DNA of 64,000 bases from Piedraia hortae CBS 480.64 (taxonomy: Eukaryota): positions 124,001 to 188,000 of the forward strand of contig MU005957.1 in NCBI GenBank assembly GCA_010093745.1, in the 5' to 3' direction. Both the position numbers and the translations under genes were made by a program. Positions 45,038-57,025 of this stretch are shown in pieces. Each line of letters begins with the position of its first letter. The first letter of the stretch is position 1. The notes beneath the pieces were generated by a model. That model was not told the origin of the DNA. It saw only the letters and a program-made list of their open reading frames with translations, and did not search any database.

Positions 45038-46483
45038 ATGTTTCTTAGCAAAGTCTTGGCTCTTGTGGCCGCTATTCCGCTGGCCTTCTCTCTGCCCACG
45101 ATCGAAGTCAAGGGTTCCAAACTCTTTCTCAGCACGGGTCAGCAGTTCTTTGTCAAAGGTATGGCTTTATCCAACCCTCGGCCAATTTACTAATGACCAG
45201 GCGTTGCCTACCAGCTCACCCCGGATGACCCGCTGGTCAACACGGAGCAGTGCAAGCTTGATGCCACGTTGATGAAGGAATTGGGAGTCAATGCAATCCG
45301 CGTGTACCATGTTGACCCTGAGGCCAGACATGATGGCTGTATGCAGGCGTTCAGCGATGCCGGGATCTATGTCTGGATCGATCTCGACACTTTTGCAACT
45401 TACCTGAACCCCACGAAGCCGGAGTGGAACCGTACGCTGTACAATGCTTACTCCAGGGTCATGGACGTATTCCACCGCTTTGACAACGTTGCTGGCTTCT
45501 TTGTCGGGAATGAAGTTATGAATAATGGCGCCAACAGCATCGTGGCTCCGTTTGTCAAGGCGGCTGCTCGCGATATGAAGACCTACCGCAATTACAAGGG
45601 CTATCGCAATATTCCCATTGGCTATTCTGCGTCTGACATCACCGTCCTTCGTCCGAATCTGCAGAATTATTTTGCGTGTGGAAAGGATCCTATGGACCGC
45701 ATGGAATTTTTCAGCCTGAATGCCTACGAGTGGTGCGGTGCGTCGTCGTTTCAGACTTCGGGATATTCCAACTTGGATCAACTGGCTAGCAATTACACGA
45801 TTCCCATTTGGTTCTCTGAGACAGGCTGCAATGCTGTTCGTCCACGCACCTTTAGCGATCAGGCGGCCATCCTCGGCCCGGACATGAATGACAAATGGTC
45901 GGGTGCCATGATTTATGAATGGATCGAAGAGGCCAACGACTATGGCTTGATCTCGTATAAGGCTTCTGACAATAACAAGGTTGTTGATGGGTTTGCTCGT
46001 GGTGGAACGCCGATCCCGGTCTCGCCAGACTTTGAGAATCTCAAGTCGCAGTGGGCCACGCTGACACCCACGGGTGTCATGAAGGATGCGTACACTCCGA
46101 GCAACTCCCCGCCCATCTGTCCACCATACACTACTGGTGCGTGGGAGGTTAGTGGCGATGTTGTGTTGCCGACTATTGGTGTTGGAAGGCAGGCTGTGCC
46201 CATGATGGTCACTGCCGATGTGGTGACGGAGTCGGTGTCGGTGTCGAAACCTGTATTCACACCGGATCTGTCTTCGCATTCGTACCGCATATCGACGCCG
46301 ACTCTTTTTGAAACTACGGAGCGAACTAGAACTGGTACAGCGACTACTTCGACAACAGCTACGGCTAGAGTTACGGCGACCGCGACTGCCTCTGCCGCCC
46401 AGGCGATTGGATTCCAGACGGTGGCAGCTGCGGCCATGGGCAGCGTTGCTGCTATCGCGGTTGTTTTTGTAGTATTCCTCTAG
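45038..46483 (+). CDS. GH72 1,3-beta-glucanosyltransferase (Gel/Gas), GPI-anchored
   Basis: Signal peptide, FFVKGVAYQ (intron 45159-45200), LGVNAIRVY, FFVGNEV, NAYEWCG and FSETGCN, then an S/T-rich tail and a hydrophobic GPI signal. Confidence 0.95.
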
Positions 46484-46554
46484 ACTGTACCTATAACTAA
46501 TCATGATTTGTAAACTGTCATCATCGTTCATAACCATTCCTTCCATCAACGGAA

Positions 46555-47896
46555 TCAATAACTCTTGGGCAATCCCAGCGTCTTTTCCCCAATATAGTTT
46601 AGAATCATCTCCTGCCATGCCGTCAGCGAGGCGTCCTTGATTCCAACCCCTTGAGCCTACCTTGGAGACAGGCGCAATTCTTGGAACAAAACACTCCCTC
46701 AAATACCTCTCTACATGAAACTCCTTTGCATACCCCATTCCTCCCAACGTCAGCACGGCACGTTCACAAGCCTTAAACGCCGCCTCAGCCGCCAAAAACT
46801 TTGCACTATTACACGCCCCTCCTATTTCCGTCCTCGACGCCTCCCCTCGATCATACAGCCTCGCAGCATGATACGTAGCAAGTTTCGCCGCCTCGAGGTT
46901 CATATACGCTTCCGCCAATGGGTGTTGAATCCCCTGATTCATTCCAATCGGACGACCAAACACGACCCTCTCACGGGCATAACTCACCGCTTTGTTCAGC
47001 GCAGCATATCCCAAACCAAGAGCCTCACCCGCTAAAAGACATCGCTCCGCGTTCATACCATGGAGAATAGATCCAAACCCCGTCCCTTCCACCCCAATCA
47101 TCGCCGTCTCAGGAACGGGATGGGAAGTAAACACCACCTCGCAAGAAGTCGTACACTTCCCCCCCATCTTGGGTATAGGAGAAATATTCAACGTCGGTGG
47201 CGAAGGTTTCGGCAGCGGAACAAAAAAGAACGACAAACTCCCCTGTCTAGTCCCCTTCCCCGTTCGAGCGAGGAGGAGCATATGCGTCGCGCTCTGTGCA
47301 TTTGTAATCCACAACTTCGTCCCATTTACAAGATACCCCCCTGAAACATGACCCTCCGCGGAGCGAACCTCCCCAACTCTCGTCGCACTCGTCTTCAAAT
47401 TAAGCGTGTCCAGTCCGGACCCTGGCTCCGTAACCCCAAAACAAACCCTCCACTCCCCGCTCACGATCTTGGGAATGATCTCGCTCTTTTGCCTCTCACT
47501 CGCGAATTTTGCAATTGGCTGCGTAGCGTAGATGTTTGCATGCACGGATTGTGCGCCGCTCATCCCCGCTCCACTTTCGGAGATAGTTTGTAAGAGGAGG
47601 GTTGCTTCGCTGATTCCGAGTCCGGAGCCGTTGAGGGCGGTGGGGAGGGCAATCCCGAGCCAGCCTCCGTCAGCGAGGGCGCGGTGGAAGGATGACGGGT
47701 AAGCGCCGTCATTGTCCCGCGCCAGCCAGTAGGATTCGGGGAAGGTGTTGGTCAAAAGAGGGGAAACGCCGTCGCGGACGGTGAGTTCGGTTGGGGTGAA
47801 TGATGTGAGGGACATTAGGGAGGAGAAGGGGTGGTGTGTTGGGAGGAGGGTTCGGGGGAGGAGGGTTCGAGGGAGGTGGGACATATGTTTGAACAT
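46555..47896 (-). CDS. Acyl-CoA dehydrogenase (probably mitochondrial)
   Basis: CFGVTEPGSGLD, NGTKLWIT, ER.VFGRPIG.NQGIQH and TLGGMGYAKEFHVERY. An intron at 46612-46660 gives the typical end IAPVSKEMILNYIGEKTLGLPKSY*. Confidence 0.93.
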
Positions 47897-48138
47897 TTTG
47901 GGGAGGAAAGGTTGGGTTGAAAGTACAATTTACTGGATGAAGGAGAAGGGGTGTGTTTAGTAGCATCAAGTAAACGATATCGAGGTTTTGATAGTCGAGC
48001 TCAACATCGGCTATATCTAATCCCACGAGCGATGGAATTGAAAAAGGCGAGGCGAGGTCTCCCGTCCGAAACAAGTCTAGTTCCGGGTCCATCCGCCGCA
48101 CCTCACCTCACAGCATCACGGGGAAAATAAAAAGAGTG

Positions 48139-49470
48139 ATGCTCCCTCGCCGTCTCTTGCTCAGACGAACCTTTACCACCCAGCCGACCACTGCTCCCAA
48201 ACCGGTCCTAGATCTCAAACACATCCGACTAAACCCGGGTCTGTACGAACAAAACGCAGTCGACCGCAACTTCAACTCTGTAGCCCAGAACGGATGGAAG
48301 CTCCTTGACCTCCATAATGAACTCGTGCAGAGCCAGAGACTTGCGGTAGAAAAAAGGAGGCGAAATAATGAGTTGATTCGGACGATCAAGGAAAAGGGTG
48401 GGAGGGATGGCTTGCTTGTTGAAGAGGCCAAAGAGTTAAAAGCCCAATTAGCGCAGTTTGAGAGTAGGGAAAAGTCTCTGCAGAGTGAAATGTTGCGGCT
48501 GGGCCTTGAATTGCCGAATTTGAGTAGTTTGCATACCCCCGTGGGAGAGGAACCTAGGTTGAGGGGGTATATTAATGGTGAGGGACCGATGGAAGTTAAT
48601 GGAGGTGATCATGCGAAGAGTTCTCTGTTGGATTTCTCACGCAGTGCGGTGACTAGTGGGTGGGGTTTTTATTTTCTTGAGGGGGAGGCTGCGCTATTGG
48701 AGCAGGCTCTCGTTCAGTATGCGCTTGCGGTCGCGATGAAATATGGATGGAAACCTGTAACTCCGCCGTCTTTGGTTTATGCTCATATTGCGCATGCGTG
48801 CGGGTTCAGACCTCGAGATGAAGACGCTGGTCAGATTTACGCGGTCGAGCATGGGGATAAAGCTAAGCCGCAGCTGGTGTTGGCAGGCACGGCGGAAATT
48901 CCATTTGCTGGATCAAGAGCCAACTCGGCTTTGGGTGCGAGGGAGTTGCCGCTGAAGCTTGTTGGTCCATCTAGGTGTTATCGTGCAGAGGCTGGGGCGA
49001 GAGGGGCGGGTACCAGGGGTTTATACAGGGTGCATGAGTTTACCAAAGTTGAGCTCTTTGCCTGGACCATGCCACCGCCAACTGTTGGATGGAGCGAGGG
49101 AGAAGCGGATCCGGCGACAAAAGTGTTTGATGAAATTGTGACTATGCAGACTGAGATTGTTCAGTCTCTTGGCCTCCATGCGCGCATCCTTGAACAGCCG
49201 ACCACGGATCTGGGAGCTTCTGCTGCCAGAAAAGTAGATATAGAGGTCTACTTTCCTTCGAGAAAGGACTACGGCGAGGTCACTAGTACAAGCATCTGCA
49301 CAGATTACCAGAGCCGAAGGCTGAACACCAGGCTCGAGGGTCAGAAGAGCGCCTTTGTGCACACAGTCAACGGAACTGCAATGGCAGTTCCCAGGATTAT
49401 AGCTGCACTGCTAGAGTACGGGTTTGCTCAAGGAAAAGTGCCAGAGTGTTTGAAACGATATCTTCCCTAA
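48139..49470 (+). CDS. DIA4: Mitochondrial seryl-tRNA synthetase
   Basis: Arg-rich presequence, LAGTAEIP, CYRAEAG..G...RGLYRVHEFTKVE, EVTSTSICTDYQSRRL and HTVNGTAMAVPR. Confidence 0.93.
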   Translation: MLPRRLLLRRTFTTQPTTAPKPVLDLKHIRLNPGLYEQNAVDRNFNSVAQNGWKLLDLHNELVQSQRLAVEKRRRNNELIRTIKEKGGRDGLLVEEAKELKAQLAQFESREKSLQSEMLRLGLELPNLSSLHTPVGEEPRLRGYINGEGPMEVNGGDHAKSSLLDFSRSAVTSGWGFYFLEGEAALLEQALVQYALAVAMKYGWKPVTPPSLVYAHIAHACGFRPRDEDAGQIYAVEHGDKAKPQLVLAGTAEIPFAGSRANSALGARELPLKLVGPSRCYRAEAGARGAGTRGLYRVHEFTKVELFAWTMPPPTVGWSEGEADPATKVFDEIVTMQTEIVQSLGLHARILEQPTTDLGASAARKVDIEVYFPSRKDYGEVTSTSICTDYQSRRLNTRLEGQKSAFVHTVNGTAMAVPRIIAALLEYGFAQGKVPECLKRYLP

Positions 49471-49476
49471 CTGCAT

Positions 49477-50736
49477 TCAAAACCAAGGGAACTCCGGTCC
49501 GTGGTCTTCGTCCTCTTTCTTCCACGCGTCAAGCGTTTCTTCACCCACACTTCGACGATTCGATACCGCTTTCCGCTGTAGCTCCAACAGAGACTCATTC
49601 CTCTTGACAGTACGGTAGTGCGGAATCGACGAACGTCGGATCTGACGCCAAATCCTTTGTGCATCGTCCAGCTCATCATATTCAAGTGGACTGTCCTCTT
49701 TATGAATCTCCTCGAGGATTTGTTGCCGGACCAGTGAGACAGATGTTTCATCCAGAACCTGATCGGAAAGCACACGGTCGATTAAGAGCAGGGCACGCTC
49801 AGGCGGATAGTTATCTGCTATGAAATTGGCGATCTGCACGTGCAATGCCTCTGGGGCGCTTGCTGATTCATCTGTAACGCTGCTCCAATGTGATGCCAAA
49901 TCGGGTCGTCGAATGCTGACCATACGCCTGACGGCATTCTCGCCATGATGCGCCTGTAAACCGTGCTGATAAAGAAGTTCGACTTTTAATATCTCGACTT
50001 CCAACGTCCCCAACATGCTCTCCAGCCCAAGGAAGAGGGAGTTCGGATCTTGGGAATCGTTACACATTTCTGGAACAAAGACTCGCACATATATGACACA
50101 CGACTGTCCTGACTTGAGGCTGCTGTACTTTTGTGTGCCAATAATATCGTTGACGCGACAGCCATTGAGCGACTTTACCTGAAAGCGCACATCTGCCAAG
50201 GTTCCAGTGTCGTCGAAGAATCTGCTGGAGTTGATTGGATAACAGACATCGTTCGCAATGGTGCATGGCCTACTGCGTAATCGCAACCTAACAGCCACCC
50301 AGACGTGAGAACTTGTCGAAGCGTCCACAACTTCATAGTCGATGCTAACGTCCAGATCAACAAGAGGCTCACACAGCGACGTTGGACGCGGTTGTATAAA
50401 GACCGACTTTGCTCTGCGAGGTGGAGACTCATCACTCTCCGCCTCTTCAACCTCTGCCTCGGAGCCTTTGCGCTTCTCGGACCAACGCCGTAACAGCGTC
50501 TTGGAGCTGGTTGACCGAACGGTTCTGGACGTTCTGCTGCCGCCCACCCTGGACAGCATTCGGCGGCCAATAGATTCCTGCTCAACAAGCGGCTGCTTCA
50601 AGTTCTCCCTCGTCTTCTTTACCTTGAGCGTCTTCTCGCCTTTGCGCTCTTTTAGCCATGCTGTTTTTGCTGTATACTCCCCGCCTGACTCTGTTGTTTT
50701 ACTATGACTACACGGTGGCTGATTCTCTTTGTCCAT
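49477..50736 (-). CDS. Fungal hypothetical protein
   Basis: 419-aa ORF: KEN-box-like start (DKEN), basic disordered N-terminus, beta-rich middle and C-terminal PW. Confidence 0.7.
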   Translation of the reverse strand: MDKENQPPCSHSKTTESGGEYTAKTAWLKERKGEKTLKVKKTRENLKQPLVEQESIGRRMLSRVGGSRTSRTVRSTSSKTLLRRWSEKRKGSEAEVEEAESDESPPRRAKSVFIQPRPTSLCEPLVDLDVSIDYEVVDASTSSHVWVAVRLRLRSRPCTIANDVCYPINSSRFFDDTGTLADVRFQVKSLNGCRVNDIIGTQKYSSLKSGQSCVIYVRVFVPEMCNDSQDPNSLFLGLESMLGTLEVEILKVELLYQHGLQAHHGENAVRRMVSIRRPDLASHWSSVTDESASAPEALHVQIANFIADNYPPERALLLIDRVLSDQVLDETSVSLVRQQILEEIHKEDSPLEYDELDDAQRIWRQIRRSSIPHYRTVKRNESLLELQRKAVSNRRSVGEETLDAWKKEDEDHGPEFPWF

Positions 50737-50834
50737 GGTGCTAGGTCAAGTGCGCTGTGCACATGCCTGTAGTGGTTGGTCATTGTGAGTGCCAGCCCCC
50801 GCTCTTGCATCGTTCCTTCCTTGTGAATCACCTT

Positions 50835-51689
50835 TTACATCTGCATCGGCAGCATCTTGGGGTCGACGTTGAGGAATTTGATCTGATATGAATGTTAAAC
50901 ATTGGGACTTTGATTGTGACTGTACGTACCGCTTCGCCTTCTCCGCCGTATAACATTTGATCTGAATTACTTGTAGCAATGCTACGTTTGACGCGGTCTT
51001 CCCACACGCCCTGCCAGTTCCACTCGCCCGGTCTCCGTGCTCCACCGGGTTGCTGCCGCGGCGAGTCTCCGCCACGGACCGAACCTCCGCTGGCTAGGCT
51101 GATGGCAGGCGATGAGCGGCCACTGTTGGATTTTATGCGAAAGCTTTTCCACGCATGCCATGCACCGCTGTTGGCTGCAACGCTCAACGGGATCGAGTCT
51201 ATAACAGCCTCGGTGTCAAAGGATAGATGCAGATACTGCAGCACCTGTATAATCTGCGGGGACGACGGTACTCCGCCCTCCCCGCCAGCACACCATTCGG
51301 GGAAGCCATGCTGCAGGGCAAATCCGCCTGGTGGTAGCCGCTCCCCGTCTGCCGCACTGACCGTATCCGTAGCCGCGTCCCTAGACGACCGGGTGTAGGT
51401 AGTAAGCGGGGTAACCAACGGATGAAACACATCGCTACCGAACGTGATGACGGGCGGGCGTTCGGGATATGTCGTCCCAAAGTCAATCGTAAAGCGGAGA
51501 ATCGCATTTGCATACGGCCCTTTGCGAACGAACATGACGCCTTCCCAGCACAGGGGGTCGTTGGCGGGCACAAGATAGATGCCCTTTGGACATGCGTGTT
51601 TGAGGGCAAGACTGATGGTCAGACATATTCGGCCCAAACATGTATACTTACTATTCCATACATAGACGCTGATGCGCGAATGCTGCCAT
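50835..51689 (-). CDS. Ubiquitin-conjugating enzyme variant, FTS/AKTIP/crossbronx-like
   Basis: GIYL.P...L.W.GV.FVRKGPY..AILRF...F...YP..PP......FHPLV, with no catalytic Cys after HP. Introns at 51612-51651 and 50883-50929. Confidence 0.85.
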
Positions 51690-52423
51690 TGTGGATGCTG
51701 ACGCTAGCCGGCGGGGCTCATCACACCGCTCTTTAGGAGAAAATTCTGAACATGGATGTGCCGGCGCGGAGACTTTTCTTTTGCTGCAGCTTGGTGGCCG
51801 TTATCAAGCCATCGGGCCGCTTTACAGATATTGTCAGAGTGGTCAAAAGTGCATTCAGCGGTGCATCCAAAAGTGCATTCGATCTACGTGCAGAAATGTT
51901 CCGCGTGCAATCCGGTTCTCTGGTAACACGGAGAAATCAAGTGCCGTGTGCAGGCGCTTTGGCTGTACCGGCAGCTGGGCCTCTGCCTTCTATCTGCTAC
52001 ATGCATAGCCGTTTGGGATGCAGGGCGTGATTGGGTTCTGTAGGGCTCCCGCCACCATGTCACCAGCGGGCGGCCCAGCTTCCCCGGGCCAACTAAACGT
52101 CTAGCCTGCTCTCGGAACTTTAGAAGCCGCATGCGCGTGGCAATTCTCCTACAGCGCAGTTCACTTCCGCCTCCAATAACAGCCCATGTATCTGAAAAAC
52201 AACCCTTACCCTGGCCCGGATCGTTATTAACCAATCCCCCGGTTTGACGGCTGTCGAGCCGCAGTCACGTTGATTGTCATGATTGGTTTACTTTCCAATG
52301 GGGAGGAATGGTCGATGCTCTCTCCCTGCGTAACGACACTCGCCCAGTGCCACGCGATGCAGCCGTCAACAGACATATGATTCGGGACGCGTCCCGTCTA
52401 GTTTGAAGCAAAACCTCCTCCTA

Positions 52424-54025
52424 ATGGCTCAAGATGAATTCCCAACCAAGCAGCTGTTTGTTCTTGGTAGGAAAGGCCCTCCACGCTGACAATCTAAAAC
52501 TTACCGTTTAGGCCTCTGCAGGATATGTGAACCAATTGCGTTCATGTCCATCTTTCCATACATTTACTACTTGATCGAGTCTTTCGACATTACGACAAGT
52601 CATGATCGGATCGCGCTGTACGCCGGACTGGTGACATCCGCCTTTGCATTGGCAGAATGCGTGGCGGGACCGTTTTGGGGCCGTTTGAGCGACCAACATG
52701 GCCGGAAGCCGGCCCTGCTTTCGGGGATCGCGGGAACCGGGCTCAGCATGCTCATTTTCGGTTTCTCACGCAGCCTACCCATGGCTATGCTCGCGCGTGC
52801 CCTCGGTGGCTTGCTGAATGGCAACATTGGTGTGCTGCAGACAACCGTTGCGGAGCTCGTTACGGTGGAGGCTCATCAGCCTCGTGCCTACGCCACCATG
52901 CCCTTTGTCTGGTGTCTTGGCAGCATTATCGGCTCAGCTCTCGGAGGAGGCCTTGCTGACCCCGTGCACAACTATCCTTCTCTCTTCAGCCGTGGCACCA
53001 TCTTTGAACGATACCCTTATCTCTTGACGAACCTTGTCTGTGCAGTAGTTGTTTTGTGCAGTTTTACCATTGGATTCCTCTTCCTTGAAGAGACTCATGA
53101 AGATAAAAAGCACGAACGGGACATTGGTATCGAGATTGGGAGATGGTTGCTCGGGAAAGCCCATCATCGTGAAGAGACTAGCCTCCTCGCACACTCTTCC
53201 CCCAGTTATGGCACTGACTGTGGTGTTCCTCCGGGGGCATTCTTCCCCCTTGAGGAGCCCGATGAGGCACTACAGCCCCTCAAGCAAGAAGTTTCGGTCA
53301 TCAAGGCCTTCTCCCCTCCCATCCTTTTGAATATCGTCGGGTTTGGGATTTTGGCTTAGTGAGTGCAAAAGCGTTGCTGCAATGAACCAATGCTAACAGT
53401 GCCCGTAAGTCATACCATCTCAGCCGAGCAGCTCCTCCCGGTGCTATTCAGTCTTCCCCGGGATTCTCAACATCCTGCGGATCCCGTTCATTTCACCGGC
53501 GGCTTCAGCCTTCCCACAAGCACTATTGGTGCCATTTTGGCATGCCAAGGCCTCATTCAAATGTTCACAACCCTCATCCTGTTCCCCTGGGTCACCCGCC
53601 ACCTCGGCATTCTAGCAACCTACCGGCTCAGCGTCTTCACCTACCCTTTCCTATATCTAGTCGTGCCCTACCTCACTCTGCTCCCTGCGAGCCTGCAACT
53701 GCCAGGGATTTCCCTAGTGATGATCTGGAAAGTCACGGCCCAGGCGTTTGCCTATCCGTCGAGCAGCATCATGCTCGCGAACCTGGCGCCCTCGACACGG
53801 GTGCTGGGCACGTTGAATGGCGTCGCTGCATCGGCTGCAAGCGGAAGCAGGGCGGTGGGGCCCACATTGTCTGGATGTGTGCAGGCCATAGGCCTAGCCC
53901 TGGGCGTGGTCGGCCTGCCGTGGTGGGTCAACTCTTCTGTGGCTATCGTGGGTGCCACCCTCGCAACGGTCATGCGCGAGAGAAAGAGTGGAGACAGGGT
54001 CAAGGAGAAGACGAGAAAGAGGTAG
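52424..54025 (+). CDS. MFS transporter (DHA1/ZIFL-like)
   Basis: FPTKQLFVLGLCRICEPIA, WGRLSDQHGRKP (motif A), GGLLNGNIGV and LGTLNG; ~12 TM helices. Introns at 52467-52511 and 53359-53409. Confidence 0.93.
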
Positions 54026-54349
54026 GGTCAGGATGATTGATGAATTATGGATTTCTATCCTTCTACGATGGCTTGAAGTCATTTCATAGTTTGCTCTGGT
54101 AGTCTACATTGGAATCACCGTCAAGATCATGCACGTGCACATGGCTCATGCGAGGCATCAGTACATTAACGGCTGCTGTGTAGCAATCGTGGAAGGTTAG
54201 CAACGGAAAGGCAAATTCATGGCGTCAACGTCTCGCATAACGGCTGCTGTGGAACGTTTTAAGCGAATTAGGAAAGGTAACTTCGCCATGCAGCTTAATG
54301 TTATCCCGAAACACAGCAGCCCACACGTGGACGAGCAGCAGCTACAAAA

Positions 54350-55663
54350 ATGGAAATCCTAGCAACAACCATCCACCAAACCCTTGACACACCAATACCC
54401 AACGATCCAATCCATCTCTGCGGTATCGCCGTCCAATCTGACCCCGACGAAGCACTATCCCTCGCCCAAAAGGAAATCATAATCCCACCGCACCCCATCC
54501 AATGGCGACGTCTCTTCGAAGATGCCAGTCTACGGAAAATCCTCCACCTCTGCACACAAAACAGCCCTCCCAACAAACATCTCATCAATACCATCATATC
54601 AATCCTCGACACCGCCCTCCTAACCTCCGGCGCACCCTTCCGTCGAGATCTAATCTTCACCCTCATCACCGAACTCGAACCCTTCCTCCCTCCGCAAAAA
54701 ACGATCCTCCCAGCAACATTCCCCTCCCTCGCTCCCCCGACAGGATCCCTAAACTTCGATATCCCGATCCCACACCTCAACCCCCCAACTCTCGAGACCT
54801 TCCAGGCACGCGCCCTCACACCTCTCATAATCCCCGGTGGGGTTGCCCATTGGCCCGCGATTTCTAAATGGACAAGTACAAATTACTGGATGAATGCCAC
54901 TTTAGGAGGGAGACGGCTCGTCCCCGTAGAGATCGGGAGGAGCTACACCGACCCCGACTGGATCGTGAAAACGATGCCATTTAGGGACTTTCTCGAACGA
55001 TTGATAAAAGGGGAAAGGGTCTACCTCGCGCAGCATGATCTGGTAAACCAGATTGAGGAGCTGAGGGGGGATGTGCTGCTGCCGGATTGGGTTTTTGTTG
55101 ATCTTCCCGGAGAAGAACAGGGGAGGGAAGCGGGGAGGGACGCTCCGCCGAACGAAACCAGCACATCAAGCATAAGCTCTTCACATCAAAGTAATGACGC
55201 TCTGCATAACTGGAGGGATAGTCCACCCAACGATAAGAGCAGCGATGCCCCTCAACCCGAAGGAAGCGATGCAGGAAGCGATACCTCCCCCCCACCCTCA
55301 GATAACATCCAAACCAACACCTGGCTCGGTCCAAGCGGGACGCAAACGCCCCCCCACAGGGACCCGAGTAATAACGTCTTCTGTCAGGTGATGGGGTATA
55401 AGTACCTTCGTCTGTTCCCTCCGGGGGACGAGCACCGCCTCGCGCCGTTGAGGGAGAAAGATCCCGCTACGGGCGCGGAGATGGGGAATACGAGTTCGCT
55501 TGATGTTGACTTCTTTGCGTTTGGGAGGACGAGTGAAGGGGGTGTAGATGTGAGGGGACTGGAGGGTATACTTGGCCCGGGGGATTGTGTGTTCATTCCG
55601 AAGGGGTGGTGGCATTATGTTGAGGCTTTGACGACGAGTGGGAGCGTGAGTTTTTGGTGGTAG
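54350..55663 (+). CDS. JmjC-domain oxygenase (JMJD5/KDM8-like)
   Basis: HWPA..KW, GRRLVPVEIGRSYTD.DW, YLAQHDL, WLGP.GT.TP.H.D and L.PGD.VFIP.GWWHYV (HxD...H iron triad). Confidence 0.92.
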   Translation: MEILATTIHQTLDTPIPNDPIHLCGIAVQSDPDEALSLAQKEIIIPPHPIQWRRLFEDASLRKILHLCTQNSPPNKHLINTIISILDTALLTSGAPFRRDLIFTLITELEPFLPPQKTILPATFPSLAPPTGSLNFDIPIPHLNPPTLETFQARALTPLIIPGGVAHWPAISKWTSTNYWMNATLGGRRLVPVEIGRSYTDPDWIVKTMPFRDFLERLIKGERVYLAQHDLVNQIEELRGDVLLPDWVFVDLPGEEQGREAGRDAPPNETSTSSISSSHQSNDALHNWRDSPPNDKSSDAPQPEGSDAGSDTSPPPSDNIQTNTWLGPSGTQTPPHRDPSNNVFCQVMGYKYLRLFPPGDEHRLAPLREKDPATGAEMGNTSSLDVDFFAFGRTSEGGVDVRGLEGILGPGDCVFIPKGWWHYVEALTTSGSVSFWW

Positions 55664-55884
55664 TGAGAGAGTGAAGGCATGAATGGATGGGTACTGCTCA
55701 GGATCGATACCCTCAGAAAACGCCATTGCATCTTCGAGGATTGAGAATGCCGTCATCCTAAAGCCTCAAACATGTACAAGCATACCCAATCAAGCGCGAG
55801 AAGGAAAAAAAGACATGAAAGCAAGGACTTTTCCTCCCAGACAAGAAAGTCGATATGTACCCACCCAAAAAGATGTTCCCACAC

Positions 55885-56862
55885 CTAAACCCTCCTCGTC
55901 CTCTTCCTCAGCCCATCCACCTCCCTTCCCTCACCTTCAACCACAACCTTGCCATCCCCCCTCCCCTCCCCTTTCCCCACCCCCTTCGTCCCCAACGGTG
56001 GCGGAAACCGACTCCTGATCGTCTGGATCATCTTCCCAAACCAATACACATTCAGGCAATTCAGCACCCCATTCGCCGCCAAATACGTCGCCACAAGCCA
56101 AACGGGGACATCCCTCCTCCCGCCAGGGAACCCCTCCTCTTCCGGTGCCCCCTCCCTGACGGCCCTGATCAAATCCCCCCAAACCCTCCCCGAATTAACC
56201 AACCCCCACACAAGCCTACACCCAAAAAACACGCTCGTCAAAAAAAACCCATTAACAGCCTGATACACGCTCCCCGTCAACCCCAACTTATCACAAAACC
56301 AATGTATATTCAGAAACGGCGACGAGAGCTCATACAGCAAAAAAACCGGCGCATAGTAATGCAGAAACGGGCGATACCCAAACGAGAACGCCGCCGTAGC
56401 CGCCATGGCATGCAACAGCATCCCTACCCCGAAAATATCCACTCTTGCAGCGCACATGTAGAGATCCCAGAGGAAGTAGCCTAGTCCGAAGCTCTGGAGT
56501 AGGCCCGCGATGGGACTGTACCCCCACACGCGGGAGGTGAAGGAATTGGACCAGGCACGGCGGTCGGGGTCGTGGAGGAGGACGTGGAGGGATAGAGTGC
56601 AGATTAGGGTGCTTTGAACGAAACTGACGACGTGGACGTTCCAGTTGATTTGGGTGCGTGGGGGCATGCGAGAGTAGCGGCCGCGGGTTAGGAGGTTGGA
56701 GATGGGGGGTGAGAGGAGAGCGTAGATTGTTGTGTAGAGGATTACGGCCGTGAGGACTTCGTGGATGTGCAGGGGTAGGGCGGGCAGGTTGAGGGCGGTG
56801 GCGAGGGGTTGGGTTGCTTTGAAGAGGAGGGGTGGGACGGCGATGGGGAAGGGGTCTTGCAT
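55885..56862 (-). CDS. TLC-domain membrane protein (TMEM56/DUF887-like)
   Basis: WNVHVVSFVQS, GYFLWDL, LYELSSPFLNIHWF.DK, FF..RL.WG and LN.YWF.KMI. Likely start MQDPF. Confidence 0.9.
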   Translation of the reverse strand: MQDPFPIAVPPLLFKATQPLATALNLPALPLHIHEVLTAVILYTTIYALLSPPISNLLTRGRYSRMPPRTQINWNVHVVSFVQSTLICTLSLHVLLHDPDRRAWSNSFTSRVWGYSPIAGLLQSFGLGYFLWDLYMCAARVDIFGVGMLLHAMAATAAFSFGYRPFLHYYAPVFLLYELSSPFLNIHWFCDKLGLTGSVYQAVNGFFLTSVFFGCRLVWGLVNSGRVWGDLIRAVREGAPEEEGFPGGRRDVPVWLVATYLAANGVLNCLNVYWFGKMIQTIRSRFPPPLGTKGVGKGEGRGDGKVVVEGEGREVDGLRKRTRRV

Positions 56863-57025
56863 TTTCCGTGGTTGGGATGGGCTGGGTTGGATGGTGGATG
56901 GATCGGGTGGGCGGGTGGTTCCGAGACCGCGGATTTGGGAGGAATTTTGACTTTGAGATTCTGAGGGCAAAGTTCTAATCTCCTACATAGCCGTCGTGCA
57001 GGTCGTGATGAAACATTATACACAG

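Noticed and set aside
45167..47896. 909-aa ORF suggesting an acyl-CoA dehydrogenase fusion
   Set aside because: It reads through the 49-nt intron at 46612-46660 and then runs antisense to the GH72 gene. Splicing gives a normal ACAD C-terminus ending at 46555.
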